A stretch of DNA of 64,000 bases. Source: an uncultured Eubacteriales bacterium (GTDB taxonomy: Bacteria > Bacillota > Sulfobacillia > DYIH01 > JBBIPI01). Of this stretch, positions 19,195-38,646 are shown in pieces. Position numbers and translations under genes: made by a program. The notes beneath the pieces are model-generated. The model saw only the letters and a list, made by a program, of their open reading frames with translations. It did not search any database and was not told where the DNA came from. Position 1 is the first letter of the stretch. The number at the start of each line of letters is the position of its first letter. The stretch is taken from contig CAYXQP010000002.1 in the NCBI GenBank assembly GCA_964467515.1, forward strand, positions 1,275 to 65,274, given 5' to 3'.

Positions 19195-19224
19195 TTGCTC
19201 TCCGCTCCATGGCTGTGCTATCAT
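19195..19224 (+). promoter_or_regulatory. Candidate SigA promoter (TTGCTC, 18 nt, TATCAT) for the tRNA cluster
   Basis: Hexamers read directly, about 70 nt upstream of the first tRNA. Confidence 0.35.
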
Positions 19225-19292
19225 GGCGGTCGGCCGGTGCGGCCGTCGCCGGCGGGACGTTGAGACGTTGAGGGGTCGGCCTTTGCCGCGGC

Positions 19293-19368
19293 GCTGGCGT
19301 AGCTCAACGGGCAGAGCAGCCGCCTTGTAAGCGGCAGGTTGTCGGTTCGAGTCCGTCCGCCAGCTCCA
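19293..19368 (+). tRNA. tRNA-Thr (anticodon TGT)
   Basis: Cloverleaf folded by hand: acceptor GCTGGCG/CGCCAGC, anticodon loop CTTGTAA, CCA encoded. One U-U mismatch in the T-stem. Confidence 0.8.
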
Positions 19369-19407
19369 CTTGCGGTGGCGGACGCGATGAGTAAGATGTT
19401 CCCGGGC

Positions 19408-19493
19408 GGAGAGGTACCGAAGCGGCCAAACGGGGCAGACTGTAAATCTGCTGGCTCGTGCCTTCGTAGGTTCGAATCCTACCCTCTCCACCA
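19408..19493 (+). tRNA. tRNA-Tyr (anticodon GTA), type II long variable arm
   Basis: Acceptor GGAGAGG/CCTCTCC, anticodon loop CTGTAAA, T-loop TTCGAAT, CCA encoded. Confidence 0.85.
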
Positions 19494-19509
19494 GTCAGCC
19501 GGAAGGGGT

Positions 19510-19587
<78 letters not shown>

Positions 19588-19595
19588 GTTTTCGA

Positions 19596-19671
19596 GCTGC
19601 CGTAGCTCAGCAGGCAGAGCATCCCCATGGTAAGGGGAAGGTCACCGGTTCGACTCCGGTCGGCAGCTCCA
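19596..19671 (+). tRNA. tRNA-Thr (anticodon GGT)
   Basis: Acceptor GCTGCCG/CGGCAGC, anticodon loop ATGGTAA, T-loop TTCGACT, CCA encoded. Confidence 0.85.
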
Positions 19672-19773
19672 GAGGGCGGTGGGCCGGGTTCCGGCCGCTT
19701 TCTTCCTGCGTTGACAGGGCCGGAGGCCGGTGTTAGAGTATGGGCGCCGTCAGCCCGGGTGGGAGGGCCGTCC

Positions 19774-19923
19774 GTGCGCGTGACCGTCACGCTGGCGTGC
19801 GAGCGCTGCAAAGAGCGCAACTACACGACCAGCAAAAACAAGAAAAACGACGCCGGGCGCTTGGAGCTGCGCAAGTACTGCCCGGCGTGCCGGACGCACA
19901 CGGTGCACAAGGAGACCAAGTAG
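19774..19923 (+). CDS. rpmG: 50S ribosomal protein L33 (zinc-binding C+ form)
   Basis: 49 aa. CERC...CPAC motif. GTG start with a GGGAGGG Shine-Dalgarno 6 nt upstream. Confidence 0.85.
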   Translation: MRVTVTLACERCKERNYTTSKNKKNDAGRLELRKYCPACRTHTVHKETK

Positions 19924-19949
19924 CCGGACCCGTGGGGGTTCCGGAGAGC

Positions 19950-20025
19950 AGGCCCGTAGCTCAATTGGCAGAGTAGCGGTCTCCAAAACCGCTGGTTGGG
20001 GGTTCGAGTCCCTCCGGGCCTGCCA
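19950..20025 (+). tRNA. tRNA-Trp (anticodon CCA)
   Basis: Acceptor AGGCCCG/CGGGCCT, anticodon loop CTCCAAA, T-loop TTCGAGT, CCA encoded. Confidence 0.85.
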
Positions 20026-20089
20026 GCATTTTTGTGTCGGGAATAGTTTGGCGCCGGTGGTCCGGTGCCGGACGGTGGGTGGGCGGGAA

Positions 20090-20272
20090 GTGGCCAGCAA
20101 AGTCGCGGACTATCTGCGCGAGGTTCGCTCCGAGATGAAGAAGGTCCAGTGGCCGACTCGCAGGGAAACCCTCGTCTTCACGGCCGTCGTCATCGTGTCG
20201 GTGCTGCTGGTGGGGCTGGTTCTCTGGGTCATGGACCTCTTTCTGGGCGCCGTCCTCCGGCTGGTCGTGTGA
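20090..20272 (+). CDS. secE: Preprotein translocase subunit SecE
   Basis: KVQWPTRRETLVFTAVVIVSVLLVGLVLWVMD, a single-TM SecE. GTG start chosen by Shine-Dalgarno and length. The alternative start at 20048 is not excluded. Confidence 0.8.
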   Translation: MASKVADYLREVRSEMKKVQWPTRRETLVFTAVVIVSVLLVGLVLWVMDLFLGAVLRLVV

Positions 20273-20279
20273 GCGGGAC

Positions 20280-20843
20280 ATGGAGGTAGCGCGCGGCGTG
20301 GAGACGCAGGTGGGCGAGGAAAAGCGCCAGTGGTACGTTATCCATACCTTCGCTGGCTACGAGCACAAGGTCAAGACCAACCTGGAAAAGCGCGTCGCGA
20401 CCATGGGCCTGGCCGACAAGGTCTTTCGAGTCGTCGTGCCGGTGGAGGAACAGATAGAGATCAAGGAGGGCAAGAAGAAGACCGTCAAGAAGAAGGTCTT
20501 TCCCGGCTACGTCCTGGTGGAGATGGTCTTGACGGACGAGTCATGGCACGCCGTGCGATACACGCCGGGCGTGACGGGCTTCGTGGGGGCCGGCGCGCGG
20601 CCGGTGCCCCTGCCGGAGGCGGAGGTGCAGGCCATCCTGCACCAGATCGGCGTGGAGGCGCCCCGGCTCCGCATCGACCTGGAGATAGGCGAGGCGGTGC
20701 GGGTCAAGGGCGGACCCTTCGACGGGTTCATCGGTTCCGTGGAAGAGATAGACGTTCAGCGGGGCAAGGTGCGGGTCCTGGTATCCATGTTCGGGAGAGA
20801 GACCCCTCTCGAGCTGGACTTCACCCAACTGGAGAAGGTGTAG
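20280..20843 (+). CDS. nusG: Transcription termination/antitermination factor NusG
   Basis: NGN domain (WYVIHTFAGYEHKVK) and a KOW domain. Follows secE. Confidence 0.9.
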   Translation: MEVARGVETQVGEEKRQWYVIHTFAGYEHKVKTNLEKRVATMGLADKVFRVVVPVEEQIEIKEGKKKTVKKKVFPGYVLVEMVLTDESWHAVRYTPGVTGFVGAGARPVPLPEAEVQAILHQIGVEAPRLRIDLEIGEAVRVKGGPFDGFIGSVEEIDVQRGKVRVLVSMFGRETPLELDFTQLEKV

Positions 20844-20855
20844 GGGGGCTTCGCC

Positions 20856-21281
20856 ATGGCTAAGAAGGTCATCGGTCAGGTCAAGTTGCAGCTCCCGGCG
20901 GGCAAGGCGACCCCGGCGCCCCCCGTTGGCCCCGCCCTCGGTCAGCATGGCGTCAACATCATGGCCTTTGTGAAGGAGTTCAACGAGCGGACCAAGGACG
21001 ACGTCGGTCTCATCATACCGGTGGTGGTCACCATCTTCGCCGATCGCTCCTTCACCTTTGTCACCAAGACCCCGCCGGCGGCCGTCCTCCTCCTGCGGGC
21101 GGCCGGCGTGGAAAAGGGCGCGGCCAAGCCCGGGCAGCAGGTGGTGGCCAAGGTGTCGCGGGCCCAGGTCCGGGAGATCGCGCGGACCAAGCTGCCGGAC
21201 CTGAACGCCGCTTCCCTGGAGGCGGCCGAGAGCATGGTGATAGGGACGGCCCGCAGCATGGGCATCGAGGTGGTGGAGTGA
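20856..21281 (+). CDS. rplK: 50S ribosomal protein L11
   Basis: [43 protein letters not shown]. Confidence 0.95.
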   Translation: MAKKVIGQVKLQLPAGKATPAPPVGPALGQHGVNIMAFVKEFNERTKDDVGLIIPVVVTIFADRSFTFVTKTPPAAVLLLRAAGVEKGAAKPGQQVVAKVSRAQVREIARTKLPDLNAASLEAAESMVIGTARSMGIEVVE

Positions 21282-21976
21282 TGCCATCCCACGGCAAGAG
21301 GTACGCCAACCTCCTGGAGAGGCTGGAGCCGGAGCGGCTGTACGAGCCGGAGGAGGCGGTGCGGCTGGTCAAGGAATTGGCCACCGCCCGCTTCGACGAG
21401 ACGGTGGAGGTGGCCGTGCGGCTCGGAGTCGACCCCAGGCATGCCGACCAGATGGTGCGCGGTGCCGTGGTGCTGCCCCACGGCACGGGCAGGCGGGTGC
21501 GCGTCCTCGTCTTTGCCCGCGGGGAAAAGGCCAAGGAGGCCGAGGCGGCCGGCGCCGACCACGTGGGCGCCGAGGAGCTGGTGGAGCGGATTCAGGGCGG
21601 ATGGCTGGACTTCGACGCGGCCGTGGCCACGCCGGACATGATGGCGGTGGTGGGCCGGGTGGGCAAGATCCTGGGGCCCAGGGGCCTCATGCCCAATCCC
21701 AAGACCGGCACCGTCACCTTCGACGTGGCCCAGGCGGTCCGAGACGTGAAGGCGGGCAAGATCGAGTTTCGCACCGACAAGACCGGGATCGTGCATGCTC
21801 CCATCGGCAAGGCTTCCTTTGAGGCTGACCAGCTTCTCCAAAACCTGCGGGCGCTGATGGAGGCCATCCTCCGGGCCAAGCCGGAGGGAGCCAAGGCACA
21901 GTATGTGCGTACCGTCACCATCTCCTCCACCATGGGGCCCGGAGTGCGGGTCAATCCCGGCCGGGCCACCGCCTGA
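21278..21976 (+). CDS. rplA: 50S ribosomal protein L1
   Basis: Conserved L1 sequence. ATGA overlap with rplK. Confidence 0.95.
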   Translation: MMPSHGKRYANLLERLEPERLYEPEEAVRLVKELATARFDETVEVAVRLGVDPRHADQMVRGAVVLPHGTGRRVRVLVFARGEKAKEAEAAGADHVGAEELVERIQGGWLDFDAAVATPDMMAVVGRVGKILGPRGLMPNPKTGTVTFDVAQAVRDVKAGKIEFRTDKTGIVHAPIGKASFEADQLLQNLRALMEAILRAKPEGAKAQYVRTVTISSTMGPGVRVNPGRATA

Positions 21977-22261
21977 CGCGGTGACGGCGCCGGCCCGCCG
22001 CCGGCTGCGGGCGTGGCGGGAGTGGGCGTGGCGGGTGTGACGCAACACGGCAGGGCCGTTGTAAAAGGGTCGGGTTGCGGGTTATAGTGCTGCAACGGGA
22101 TGTCTCCTGCCAGTGACGGCAGGTGCGCCCCCCTGCGGGGCGCCCAAGGCGATGCCTGCCCAGGCGGGGGCCAGCGCGGTGGCGGTTTTTGCCGACCAGC
22201 CTGTCGAGGGCTCCTCCGTCTGGAGGAGCTCTTGTCGTTGAAGGGGAAAGGAGGTGGTCGG
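21977..22261 (+). promoter_or_regulatory. Putative rplJ (L10) leader, a structured 285-nt untranslated region
   Basis: Long GC-rich intergenic spacer between rplA and rplJ with several inverted repeats (e.g. CTCCTCCGTCTGGAGGAG). This is where the L10(L12)4 autoregulatory leader sits in Bacillus and E. coli. Confidence 0.4.
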
Positions 22262-22795
22262 GTGCCCAAGACACGGGAGCAAAAGGCCAGGGAAATGCAG
22301 GCGGTCAAGGAACGGCTGGAGCGGGCCAGGGGAGCGCTCCTGGCCGAGTTCACCGGCCTGACGGTGGCCGAGTTGTTCGAGCTGCGCCAGCGATTCCGGG
22401 AGGAGGGCGTGGAGCTCAAGGTGGTCAAGAACACCCTCGCTCGCCTGGCGGGGGAGGCCCTGGGGATGACGGGCCTGGCCCCCTTCCTCAAAGGTCCCAC
22501 CATGGTTGCCTTCGGCTATGACGACGCCGTGGCGGCGGCCAGGGCGCTGGTGGCGGCTCAGGGGGCTCACGAGGGTAAGATCCGGGTCAAGGCCGGCCTG
22601 GTGGAGGGACGCATGGTGGGCCCGGACGAGGTCGAAGCCCTGGCCAAGTTGCCGCCGCGGGCGGAGCTTCTGGGTATGGTGGCCGGCGGTCTCAAGGCAC
22701 CTCTGGCCGGGGTGGTTGCGACCCTGGGCGGTCTCCTGCGCGGTTTCGCGGTGGCGGCCGACGGGTTGCGGCGGCAGCGGGAGCAGGCGGCCTGA
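22262..22795 (+). CDS. rplJ: 50S ribosomal protein L10
   Basis: GTG start (VPKTREQK...) 7 nt after an AAAGGAGGTGG Shine-Dalgarno. 177 aa. Confidence 0.9.
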   Translation: MPKTREQKAREMQAVKERLERARGALLAEFTGLTVAELFELRQRFREEGVELKVVKNTLARLAGEALGMTGLAPFLKGPTMVAFGYDDAVAAARALVAAQGAHEGKIRVKAGLVEGRMVGPDEVEALAKLPPRAELLGMVAGGLKAPLAGVVATLGGLLRGFAVAADGLRRQREQAA

Positions 22796-22885
22796 GGGGT
22801 CCCGGCGAAAGGGAGTCGGGACCCGGCCGCAGAGGGCGACGGGGCGGACAGCGGGCAGACGCGGTGACAGAGAGGTGGGGGCAAG

Positions 22886-23269
22886 ATGTCAAAGGTAGCG
22901 CAGGTGCTGGAGTTGGTGGAGAGCATGACGGTCCTGGAGCTGGCCGACTTGGTCAAACAGTTCGAGGAGAAGTTCGGGGTGTCGGCCGCCGCTCCCGTGG
23001 CGGTGGCTGCTCCCGCAGCGGCGGGAGCGCCCGCGGCGGCGCCGGCCGTCGAGGAGCAGACGGAGTTCGATGTGATCCTGGCGGAAGCGGGAGCCAACAA
23101 GATCCAGGTCATCAAGGTCGTCCGGGAGATCACAGGCCTGGGGCTTAAAGAGGCCAAAGACCTGGTGGACGGCGCGCCCAAACCAGTCAAGGAAAAGGTC
23201 GGCAAGGAGGAGGCCGAGTCCATCCGGGCCAAGCTGGCCGAGGTGGGAGCCAAGGTCGAGGTCAAGTAA
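22886..23269 (+). CDS. rplL: 50S ribosomal protein L7/L12
   Basis: [32 protein letters not shown]..., an Ala/Pro hinge and a C-terminal [29 protein letters not shown]. Confidence 0.95.
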   Translation: MSKVAQVLELVESMTVLELADLVKQFEEKFGVSAAAPVAVAAPAAAGAPAAAPAVEEQTEFDVILAEAGANKIQVIKVVREITGLGLKEAKDLVDGAPKPVKEKVGKEEAESIRAKLAEVGAKVEVK

Positions 23270-23302
23270 CCGCGGTGCGGTTGCGAGGGGGGCGGTCGTC
23301 AC

Positions 23303-23352
23303 GAGGGCGCGCCCTGAGGGGCGTGCAGCGCCTTGACTGCCCTCATCTTTTT
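23303..23352 (+). terminator. Candidate rplL-rpoB attenuator/terminator: palindrome AGGGCGCGCCCT followed by a GAGGG/CCCTC-closed hairpin and a T6 run
   Basis: Inverted repeats followed by ATCTTTTTTG. A partial terminator at this position is a conserved feature of rplJL-rpoBC operons. Confidence 0.35.
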
Positions 23353-23443
23353 TGTTAGGATAAACGCTTGCTGTACCGCCAGGGGGAAAGGGTTTCACGA
23401 TCCCCGTCGCTCGCGGGTGACGGGGGAGGGGGAGTGACATTCC

Positions 23444-30666
<7,223 letters not shown>

Positions 30667-30683
30667 GCGCCGGGCCCGTTGCG

Positions 30684-30712
30684 TTGACACCCCCAGGGGT
30701 CGGTGCTAGAAT
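30684..30712 (+). promoter_or_regulatory. Consensus SigA promoter (TTGACA, 17 nt, TAGAAT) ahead of the L7Ae-rpsL-rpsG-fusA-tuf operon
   Basis: TTGACA at 30684-30689 and TAGAAT at 30707-30712, read directly. Confidence 0.6.
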
Positions 30713-30781
30713 TGGGGCGCCCTTGCCGTGGTCGGATTCAGCGGCGGTGGGAGCGGGGAGCGCCGCGGCGCGGGGAGCTTG

Positions 30782-31066
30782 ATGGAGCGGGACAGTTTCG
30801 ACAGGTTGCGCGCCGCCACCGCCAGAGTGGTAGGCACCAAGCAGACCACGCGGGCTGTCCAAAACGGTCAAGCAACAGTAGTCTTCGTGGCTCGCGACGC
30901 CGAGGAGAGGGTCACGGGGCCGCTGGTGAGGTTGTGCCGGGACAGGCGGGTCGAGCTGGTGTGGGTGGAGCAGATGCACGAGCTCGGTCGGGCCTGTGGA
31001 GTCGAGGTAGGGGCGGCAGCGGCCGCCATCCTGTCGGAGAGGCAGGGTGATGGGCGGAGCGGCTGA
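30782..31066 (+). CDS. Ribosome-associated L7Ae-family protein (YbxF-like)
   Basis: L7Ae fold motifs (TKQTTRAVQNGQATVVFVARDAEE...LCRDRRVELVWV). Same position (rpoC to rpsL) as B. subtilis ybxF. Confidence 0.8.
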   Translation: MERDSFDRLRAATARVVGTKQTTRAVQNGQATVVFVARDAEERVTGPLVRLCRDRRVELVWVEQMHELGRACGVEVGAAAAAILSERQGDGRSG

Positions 31067-31183
31067 GAGAAACCTGCAAAGCGCCGAACCAGACGTTTTG
31101 CGGTGTGGCCCGGAGAGGAAACGATCTTTTCCGGGCCACATCAGCGCCCGGATGCCGACAAGGTCTTGAGGAGGGGGAGCGGG

Positions 31184-31558
31184 ATGCCGACCATAAGCCA
31201 GTTGATTCGCCTGGGGCGCAAGGCCACGACGCGCAAGACCAAGTCGCCGGCCCTGCGGGGCAACCCGCAAAAGCGCGGGGTGTGCGTGCAGGTGCGCACC
31301 ATGACTCCCAAGAAGCCCAACTCGGCCCTGCGCAAGGTGGCGAGAGTCCGCCTCACCAACGGCATCGAGGTCACCGCCTACATCCCGGGGGAGGGGCACA
31401 ACCTCCAGGAACACTCGGTGGTGTTGGTGCGGGGCGGACGTGTTAAAGACCTGCCCGGCGTGCGCTATCATATCGTCCGCGGCACGCTTGACGCGGCCGG
31501 CGTCGACAAGCGCAGGCAGGGGCGGTCCAAGTACGGGGCCAAGCGGCCCAAGAAGTGA
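31184..31558 (+). CDS. rpsL: 30S ribosomal protein S12
   Basis: [34 protein letters not shown]... Strong GAGGAGGGGGAG Shine-Dalgarno. Confidence 0.95.
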   Translation: MPTISQLIRLGRKATTRKTKSPALRGNPQKRGVCVQVRTMTPKKPNSALRKVARVRLTNGIEVTAYIPGEGHNLQEHSVVLVRGGRVKDLPGVRYHIVRGTLDAAGVDKRRQGRSKYGAKRPKK

Positions 31559-31581
31559 GGTCGCGAGGGGGGTAGCTGGCA

Positions 31582-32052
31582 ATGGCGAGGAGGGGTCGGG
31601 CGCCCCGGCGGACCATCGCGCCGGATCCGGTTTACGGCAGCGAGCTCGCCGCCCGGCTGATCAACAAGGTGATGCTGGACGGCAAGAAGAGTCTGGCCGA
31701 GAGGATAGTCTACGCGGCTCTGCGCCTGGCCGAGGAGCGCTCGCGGCGGAGCGCCGTCGACATCCTGGAGACGGCCATCCGCAATGCCTCGCCGCTGCTG
31801 GAGGTGCGCCCCCGCCGGGTGGGTGGCGCCACCTACCAGGTGCCCCTCGAGGTAAGGCCGGAGCGTCGCCTCAGCCTCGCCCTCCGGTGGCTGGTGGGCG
31901 CCGCCAGGGAGCGCGGCGAGCGGACCATGGTGGAGAGGCTGGCGGCCGAGCTCCTGGACGCCGCCAACAACGCGGGCAACGCGGTGCGGCGGAAGGAGGA
32001 GACCCATCGCATGGCGGAGGCCAACCGGGCCTTTGCCCATTACCGGTGGTGA
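31582..32052 (+). CDS. rpsG: 30S ribosomal protein S7
   Basis: Conserved S7 sequence. 156 aa. Confidence 0.95.
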   Translation: MARRGRAPRRTIAPDPVYGSELAARLINKVMLDGKKSLAERIVYAALRLAEERSRRSAVDILETAIRNASPLLEVRPRRVGGATYQVPLEVRPERRLSLALRWLVGAARERGERTMVERLAAELLDAANNAGNAVRRKEETHRMAEANRAFAHYRW

Positions 32053-32127
32053 AGATATTCTTTTGATGTTTTGCTTTCGGTGCCTCCGCCATGGGTCGGG
32101 GGCGCCGCGGCGGAAGGGGTGAACGAC

Positions 32128-34221
32128 ATGGCCAGGGACTATCCGTTGGAGAGGATTCGCAACATCGGCATCTCGGCGCACATCGACGCCGGCAAGACGA
32201 CCACGACCGAGCGCATCCTCTTCTACACCGGGCGCGTCCACAGGATGGGCGAGGTCCACGAGGGCGCTGCCACCATGGACTGGATGGTCCAGGAGCAGGA
32301 GCGCGGCATCACCATCACCTCGGCCGCCACCACCTGTCACTGGCGGGATCACCGCATCAACATCATCGATACCCCCGGGCACGTGGACTTCACGGTGGAG
32401 GTGGAGCGGTCCCTCCGCGTCCTGGACGGCGTGGTGGCCATCTTCTGCGCCAAGGGCGGCGTGGAGCCCCAGTCGGAGACGGTGTGGCGACAGGCGGACC
32501 GGTACCGCGTCCCCCGCATCGCCTTCGTCAACAAAATGGACATCGTGGGCGCGGACTTCTTCCGGGTTCTCGGGATGATAAAGGAGAGGCTGGGGGCCAA
32601 CCCCGTGGCCGTCCAGATCCCCATCGGAGCCGAGGATTCGTTCCGCGGCATGGTGGATCTGGTGACGGGTCGGGCCATCGTCTACCGCGACGAGCTGGGC
32701 ACCGAGATGGAGCGGGCCGAGGTGCCGGCGGAGATGGCGGCCCAGGTCTCCGAGTACCGGGAGCGTCTGCTGGAGGCCGTGGCCGAGGTGGACGACTCAC
32801 TCATGCTCAAGTACCTCGACGGGCAGGAGATCACGCCCGAGGAGATCAGGGACGCCCTGCGCCGGGGCACGCTGGCCTTCAAGCTGGTGCCGGTCCTGTG
32901 CGGGGCGGCCTACCGCAACAAGGGGGTACAGCCGCTGCTGGACGCCGTCGTGGACTATCTTCCGTCTCCCCTCGACGTGCCCCCGGTCCAGGGCACCGAT
33001 CCCCAGACGGGAGACCCCGCCGAGCGCCGGGCGAGCGACGACGAGCCCTTCTGTGCCCTGGCCTTCAAGATCATGAGCGACCCCTTCGTCGGCAAGCTCA
33101 CCTATCTGAGGGTGTACTCGGGGGTGCTGCAGAGCGGCACGTACGTGCTCAACGCCCGCAAGGGTCGCAAGGAGAGGGTCAGCCGTCTCCTCCAAATGCA
33201 CGCCAATCACCGGCAGGAGGTGGAGGAGGCGCGGACGGGGGACATCGTGGCCGTGGTGGGGCTCAAGGAGACGGTCACGGGCGACACCCTGTGCGAGGAG
33301 GCCCGGCCCATCGTGCTGGAGGCCATGCAATTCCCCGAGCCGGTCATCTCGGTGGCCATCGAGCCCAAGACCCAGGCCGACCAGGACAAGTTGGGCGAGT
33401 CGCTCAGTCGCCTGGCCGAGGAGGATCCCACCTTCCGCGTCCACACCGACCAGGAGACGGGCCAGACCATCATCTCCGGCATGGGGGAGCTGCATTTGGA
33501 GATCATCGTGGACCGGCTCATGCGGGAGTTCAAGGTGCAGGCCAACGTGGGCAAGCCCCAGGTAGCCTACCGCGAGACCATACGCTCCTCCACTCGCGCC
33601 GAGGGCAAGTACATTCGCCAGACGGGCGGGCGGGGTCAGTACGGGCACGTGTGGCTGGAGCTGGAGCCCCTGGAGCGGGGCAAGGGCTTCGAGTTCCTCA
33701 ACAAGATCGTGGGCGGCGTGGTGCCCAAGGAATACGTGCCGGCCATCGAGGCGGGAGTCCGCGAGGCCATGGAGAACGGCGTCCTGGCCGGGTATCCGGT
33801 GGTCGACGTGCGGGTGACCCTCTATGACGGTTCCTACCACGAGGTGGACTCCTCGGAGATGGCTTTCAAGATCGCGGCCTCCATGGGATTCAAGGAAGGC
33901 GCCAACCGGGCGGACCCGGTTCTCCTGGAACCCATCATGAAGGTGGAGGTGGTGGTGCCGGAGGATAACATGGGGGACGTGATGGGAGACCTTCAGGCCA
34001 GGCGCGGCCGGATCGAGGGCATGGAACTGCGGGGCAACCTGCGGGCCGTCCAGGCGCTGGTGCCGCTGGCGGAGATGTTCGGCTACGCCACGGACCTGCG
34101 TTCGCGCACGCAGGGGCGCGGCACGTACACCATGCAGTTCGAGCGCTACGAGGAGGTGCCGCGCCACGTCGCCGAGGAGATAGTGAGCAAGGCCCAGGGG
34201 CGGGCGCCGGCCAGGCGCTAG
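32128..34221 (+). CDS. fusA: Elongation factor G
   Basis: [21 protein letters not shown]-domain. 697 aa. Confidence 0.95.
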   Translation: MARDYPLERIRNIGISAHIDAGKTTTTERILFYTGRVHRMGEVHEGAATMDWMVQEQERGITITSAATTCHWRDHRINIIDTPGHVDFTVEVERSLRVLDGVVAIFCAKGGVEPQSETVWRQADRYRVPRIAFVNKMDIVGADFFRVLGMIKERLGANPVAVQIPIGAEDSFRGMVDLVTGRAIVYRDELGTEMERAEVPAEMAAQVSEYRERLLEAVAEVDDSLMLKYLDGQEITPEEIRDALRRGTLAFKLVPVLCGAAYRNKGVQPLLDAVVDYLPSPLDVPPVQGTDPQTGDPAERRASDDEPFCALAFKIMSDPFVGKLTYLRVYSGVLQSGTYVLNARKGRKERVSRLLQMHANHRQEVEEARTGDIVAVVGLKETVTGDTLCEEARPIVLEAMQFPEPVISVAIEPKTQADQDKLGESLSRLAEEDPTFRVHTDQETGQTIISGMGELHLEIIVDRLMREFKVQANVGKPQVAYRETIRSSTRAEGKYIRQTGGRGQYGHVWLELEPLERGKGFEFLNKIVGGVVPKEYVPAIEAGVREAMENGVLAGYPVVDVRVTLYDGSYHEVDSSEMAFKIAASMGFKEGANRADPVLLEPIMKVEVVVPEDNMGDVMGDLQARRGRIEGMELRGNLRAVQALVPLAEMFGYATDLRSRTQGRGTYTMQFERYEEVPRHVAEEIVSKAQGRAPARR

Positions 34222-34284
34222 GAGAGGCCCGGCAGGCCCCGGGGGCAGACTGGACGAGAGAGCCAGACGGGAGGCGAGAGCTAA

Positions 34285-35487
<1,203 letters not shown>

Positions 35488-35547
35488 CGACCTGCAGGTG
35501 GGTGGCGGCATTCAGGGGTCTGACGGGTGGGAGTGAGGCAAGTGCAC

Positions 35548-35856
35548 ATGGTCAGACAGAGGATCAGGATCAGGTTGCGGGCCTTCGATCACGGGGTGCT
35601 CGACCAGTCGGCGGGCAAGATCGTCGAGACGGCGAGGCGGACCGGGGCGCGGGTCTCAGGCCCCGTTCCCCTGCCGACGGAGCGCCAGGTCTACACCGTC
35701 CTGACCGCCCCCAACGGCGAGAAAGACATCCGGGAACAGTTCGAGCTGGCCACCCACAAGCGGCTCATCGACATCCTGGACCCCACCCCCAAGACGGTGG
35801 ACGCCCTGATGAGGCTCGACCTACCCGCGGGCGTGGATATTGAGATCAAGCTCTGA
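35548..35856 (+). CDS. rpsJ: 30S ribosomal protein S10
   Basis: [19 protein letters not shown]... Confidence 0.93.
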   Translation: MVRQRIRIRLRAFDHGVLDQSAGKIVETARRTGARVSGPVPLPTERQVYTVLTAPNGEKDIREQFELATHKRLIDILDPTPKTVDALMRLDLPAGVDIEIKL

Positions 35857-35880
35857 CGTGGCGGAGGCTGGTGACCGCTG

Positions 35881-36546
35881 ATGCCGGTAGTGGTGCGGAA
35901 GGGGATCCTGGGCAGGAAGCTGGGCATGACCCAGGTCTTCGAGGGTGATGGGCGGCTGGTGCCCGTCACCGTCATCGAGGCCGGTCCCTGCTACGTGGTG
36001 CAGAGACGCACTCCGGAGAAGGACGGGTACGCCGCCGTCCAGCTGGGCTTCGGCGAGGTGAAGGAGCGGCGGTTGAACAGACCGGAGCGGGGGCACCTGC
36101 GGCGGGCCGGGGTGAAGCCCCTGCGATACCTGCGCGAGTTCCGGGTCGCGGACCCGGAGGCTTACGCGGTCGGCCAGGAAGTGCGGGTGGACGTCTTCGC
36201 TCCCGGTGAACTGGTGGACGTGACGGCCAGGAGCCGGGGCCGCGGTTACGCGGGCGTGGTGAAGCGCCACGGCCTCCGCCGGGGGCCCATGAGCCACGGG
36301 TCCAAGTATCACCGGCGCGTGGGCTCCCTGGGCGCCTCCACCTTTCCCGCCCGCGTATTCAAGGGGAAGCCCATGCCCGGCCGCCTGGGGGGCAGGCGGG
36401 TCACCGTCCTGGGCCTGGCGGTGGTGCGGGTGGACCCGGACCGCAACCTGCTCCTGGTCAAGGGAGCGGTGCCGGGCGTGCGCGGCGGGCTCCTCCTGAT
36501 CCGCTCGTCCGTCAAGGATGGAAAGGGTGCAACGGGCCGTGGCTAG
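35881..36546 (+). CDS. rplC: 50S ribosomal protein L3
   Basis: [14 protein letters not shown]... Confidence 0.93.
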   Translation: MPVVVRKGILGRKLGMTQVFEGDGRLVPVTVIEAGPCYVVQRRTPEKDGYAAVQLGFGEVKERRLNRPERGHLRRAGVKPLRYLREFRVADPEAYAVGQEVRVDVFAPGELVDVTARSRGRGYAGVVKRHGLRRGPMSHGSKYHRRVGSLGASTFPARVFKGKPMPGRLGGRRVTVLGLAVVRVDPDRNLLLVKGAVPGVRGGLLLIRSSVKDGKGATGRG

Positions 36547-37168
36547 GTTGGGCTTATACAATATGGAAGGGGAACTGGTGGGCGAGATCGAGCTCTCGGA
36601 TGCCGTGTTCGCGACGCCGGTCAACCACGCCCTGCTGCACCAGGCGGTGAACCATTACCTGGCCAATCGCCGCCAGGGGACGGCCTCCACCAAGACCAGG
36701 GGCGAGGTAGCCGGCGGCGGCCGCAAACCCTGGCGGCAGAAGGGCACGGGCCGCGCGCGGCAGGGGAGCATCCGGGCTCCCCACTGGCGGGGCGGGGGCA
36801 CCGTCTTCGGCCCCAAGCCCAGGGATCATCGGCAGGGGCTGCCCAGAGGGGCGCGGCGGGCCGCTCTGCGGAGCGCCCTCTCCGCCCGGACGGGGGAGGA
36901 TCGCCTCCGGGTGGTGGAGGGATTGCGCCTGGAGAGGCCCCGCACCAGGGACGTGGTGCGGCTGCTGGAGCGGCTGGGCGCCGGCCGGGGAACGGTGCTG
37001 CTGGTCACGGACGGCGAAGATCGCAACGTCTACCTCTCCGCGCGGAACGTGCCGGGGATAGAGACGAGGCGGGCCGAGGACCTCAACGCCTACGACGTCC
37101 TGGCACACGCTCGCGTGGTGATGGCGGCCGAGGCGGCCCGCCGCCTGGAGGAGGTCCTGTCCCCATGA
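36539..37168 (+). CDS. rplD: 50S ribosomal protein L4
   Basis: GTG start gives [19 protein letters not shown], which matches L4 N-termini. Overlaps the rplC 3' end. Confidence 0.9.
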   Translation: MARLGLYNMEGELVGEIELSDAVFATPVNHALLHQAVNHYLANRRQGTASTKTRGEVAGGGRKPWRQKGTGRARQGSIRAPHWRGGGTVFGPKPRDHRQGLPRGARRAALRSALSARTGEDRLRVVEGLRLERPRTRDVVRLLERLGAGRGTVLLVTDGEDRNVYLSARNVPGIETRRAEDLNAYDVLAHARVVMAAEAARRLEEVLSP

Positions 37169-37452
37169 AGCCCCACCAGATCATCATGCGGCCCGTCATC
37201 ACGGAGAAGAGCATGGCCGAAATGGCTGCGGGCAAGTACACTTTCGCCGTGGCTCCGGACGCCAACAAGCCCGCCATCAAGCGGGCCGTGGAGGAGCTCT
37301 TCGACGTGAAGGTGGAGCGGGTCAACACCATGCGGGTGCACGGCAAGTGGCGCCGGGTGGGTGTTCACCGAGGCCGGCGTCCCGACTGGAAAAAGGCCGT
37401 GGTCTGGCTCCAGGAGGGGCAGAAGATCGAATTCTTCGAGGGTCTGCGCTGA
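37165..37452 (+). CDS. rplW: 50S ribosomal protein L23
   Basis: Conserved L23. ATGA overlap. Confidence 0.93.
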   Translation: MKPHQIIMRPVITEKSMAEMAAGKYTFAVAPDANKPAIKRAVEELFDVKVERVNTMRVHGKWRRVGVHRGRRPDWKKAVVWLQEGQKIEFFEGLR

Positions 37453-37483
37453 GGCGCGGGCCCCTGCGAGGGTGGTGAGTGCG

Positions 37484-38314
37484 ATGGGGGTGAGGAACTT
37501 CAAGCCGACGTCTCCCGGCCGACGGCAGATGACGGTCGTCGAGCGGGAGGAGGTCTCCGACGCCGAGCCCGAGCGGAGCCTCCTGGCGCCGGCTCGCAAG
37601 ACGGCGGGGCGCAACTTCCAGGGCAGGGTGACGGTGCGCCACCGCGGCGGCGGGCACAAGAGGCGGTACCGGGTCGTGGACTTTAGGCGGGACAAGGACG
37701 GCGTGCCGGCGCGCGTCGCCTCCATCGAGTACGATCCCAACAGGTCGGCCCGCATCGCGCTTCTCCATTACGCCGATGGCGACAAGCGGTACATACTGGC
37801 GCCCCTGGGGGTGCGGGTGGGAGACCGGGTGGAGTCCGGTCCCGCGGCCGATATCAGGCCCGGCAACGCGCTGCCCCTCAGGAAGATCCCGACGGGCACC
37901 GTGGTTCACAACGTGGAGCTCCACCCCGGCCGGGGGGCGCAACTGGCCAGGTCGGCGGGCGTCGAGGCGCAGCTGGTGGCCAAGGAGGGTGACTACGCCC
38001 ACGTGCGCCTTCCCTCCGGCGAGGTGAGGATGGTACACCTGGACTGCCGGGCCACCGTCGGCCGGGTGGGGAACCCGGACCACGAGAATGTGGTGGGGGG
38101 CAAGGCAGGGCGTAGCCGGTGGCGGGGCCGCAGGCCGGCGGTGAGGGGCGCGGCCATGAACCCCGTGGATCACCCCCACGGAGGCGGCGAGGGGAGGGCG
38201 CCCGTCGGGCGCAAGCATCCTCTCACCCCGTGGGGGAAGCCGGCGCTGGGCGTGAAGACCCGCAAAAAGAAGAAGCCGTCGGACCGGTTTATAATACGGC
38301 GTCGCAAGGTCTGA
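37484..38314 (+). CDS. rplB: 50S ribosomal protein L2
   Basis: [17 protein letters not shown]... 276 aa. Confidence 0.95.
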   Translation: MGVRNFKPTSPGRRQMTVVEREEVSDAEPERSLLAPARKTAGRNFQGRVTVRHRGGGHKRRYRVVDFRRDKDGVPARVASIEYDPNRSARIALLHYADGDKRYILAPLGVRVGDRVESGPAADIRPGNALPLRKIPTGTVVHNVELHPGRGAQLARSAGVEAQLVAKEGDYAHVRLPSGEVRMVHLDCRATVGRVGNPDHENVVGGKAGRSRWRGRRPAVRGAAMNPVDHPHGGGEGRAPVGRKHPLTPWGKPALGVKTRKKKKPSDRFIIRRRKV

Positions 38315-38346
38315 GCCGGCAGCGCGGGAGGAAGGGAGGGCGACCG

Positions 38347-38628
38347 ATGGGCCGCTCGCGGAAGAAGGGTCCCTACGTGGACGCGAACCTGATGGAAAAG
38401 ATCGAGATGATGAACCGGACCGGCGAGAAGCGGGTCGTCCGGACGTGGGCGCGGGCGTCCACCATCGTGCCGGAGATGGTTGGCCATACCATAGCCGTTC
38501 ATGACGGTCGCCGCCACGTGCCCATCTTCATCACCGAGGAGATGGTGGGCCACAGGCTGGGGGAGTTCGCTCCCACCCGCACCTTCCGAGGGCACGCCGG
38601 GCAGGAGCGGGCCAGCTCGGTCCGTTAG
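38347..38628 (+). CDS. rpsS: 30S ribosomal protein S19
   Basis: [20 protein letters not shown]... Confidence 0.95.
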   Translation: MGRSRKKGPYVDANLMEKIEMMNRTGEKRVVRTWARASTIVPEMVGHTIAVHDGRRHVPIFITEEMVGHRLGEFAPTRTFRGHAGQERASSVR

Positions 38629-38646
38629 GAACGGAGGTTTTGACGC

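Noticed and set aside
19924-19949. Hairpin CCGGAcccgtgggggtTCCGG after rpmG as a terminator
   Set aside because: No U-tract follows and tRNA-Trp starts immediately. It is more likely a processing structure, if it is anything.
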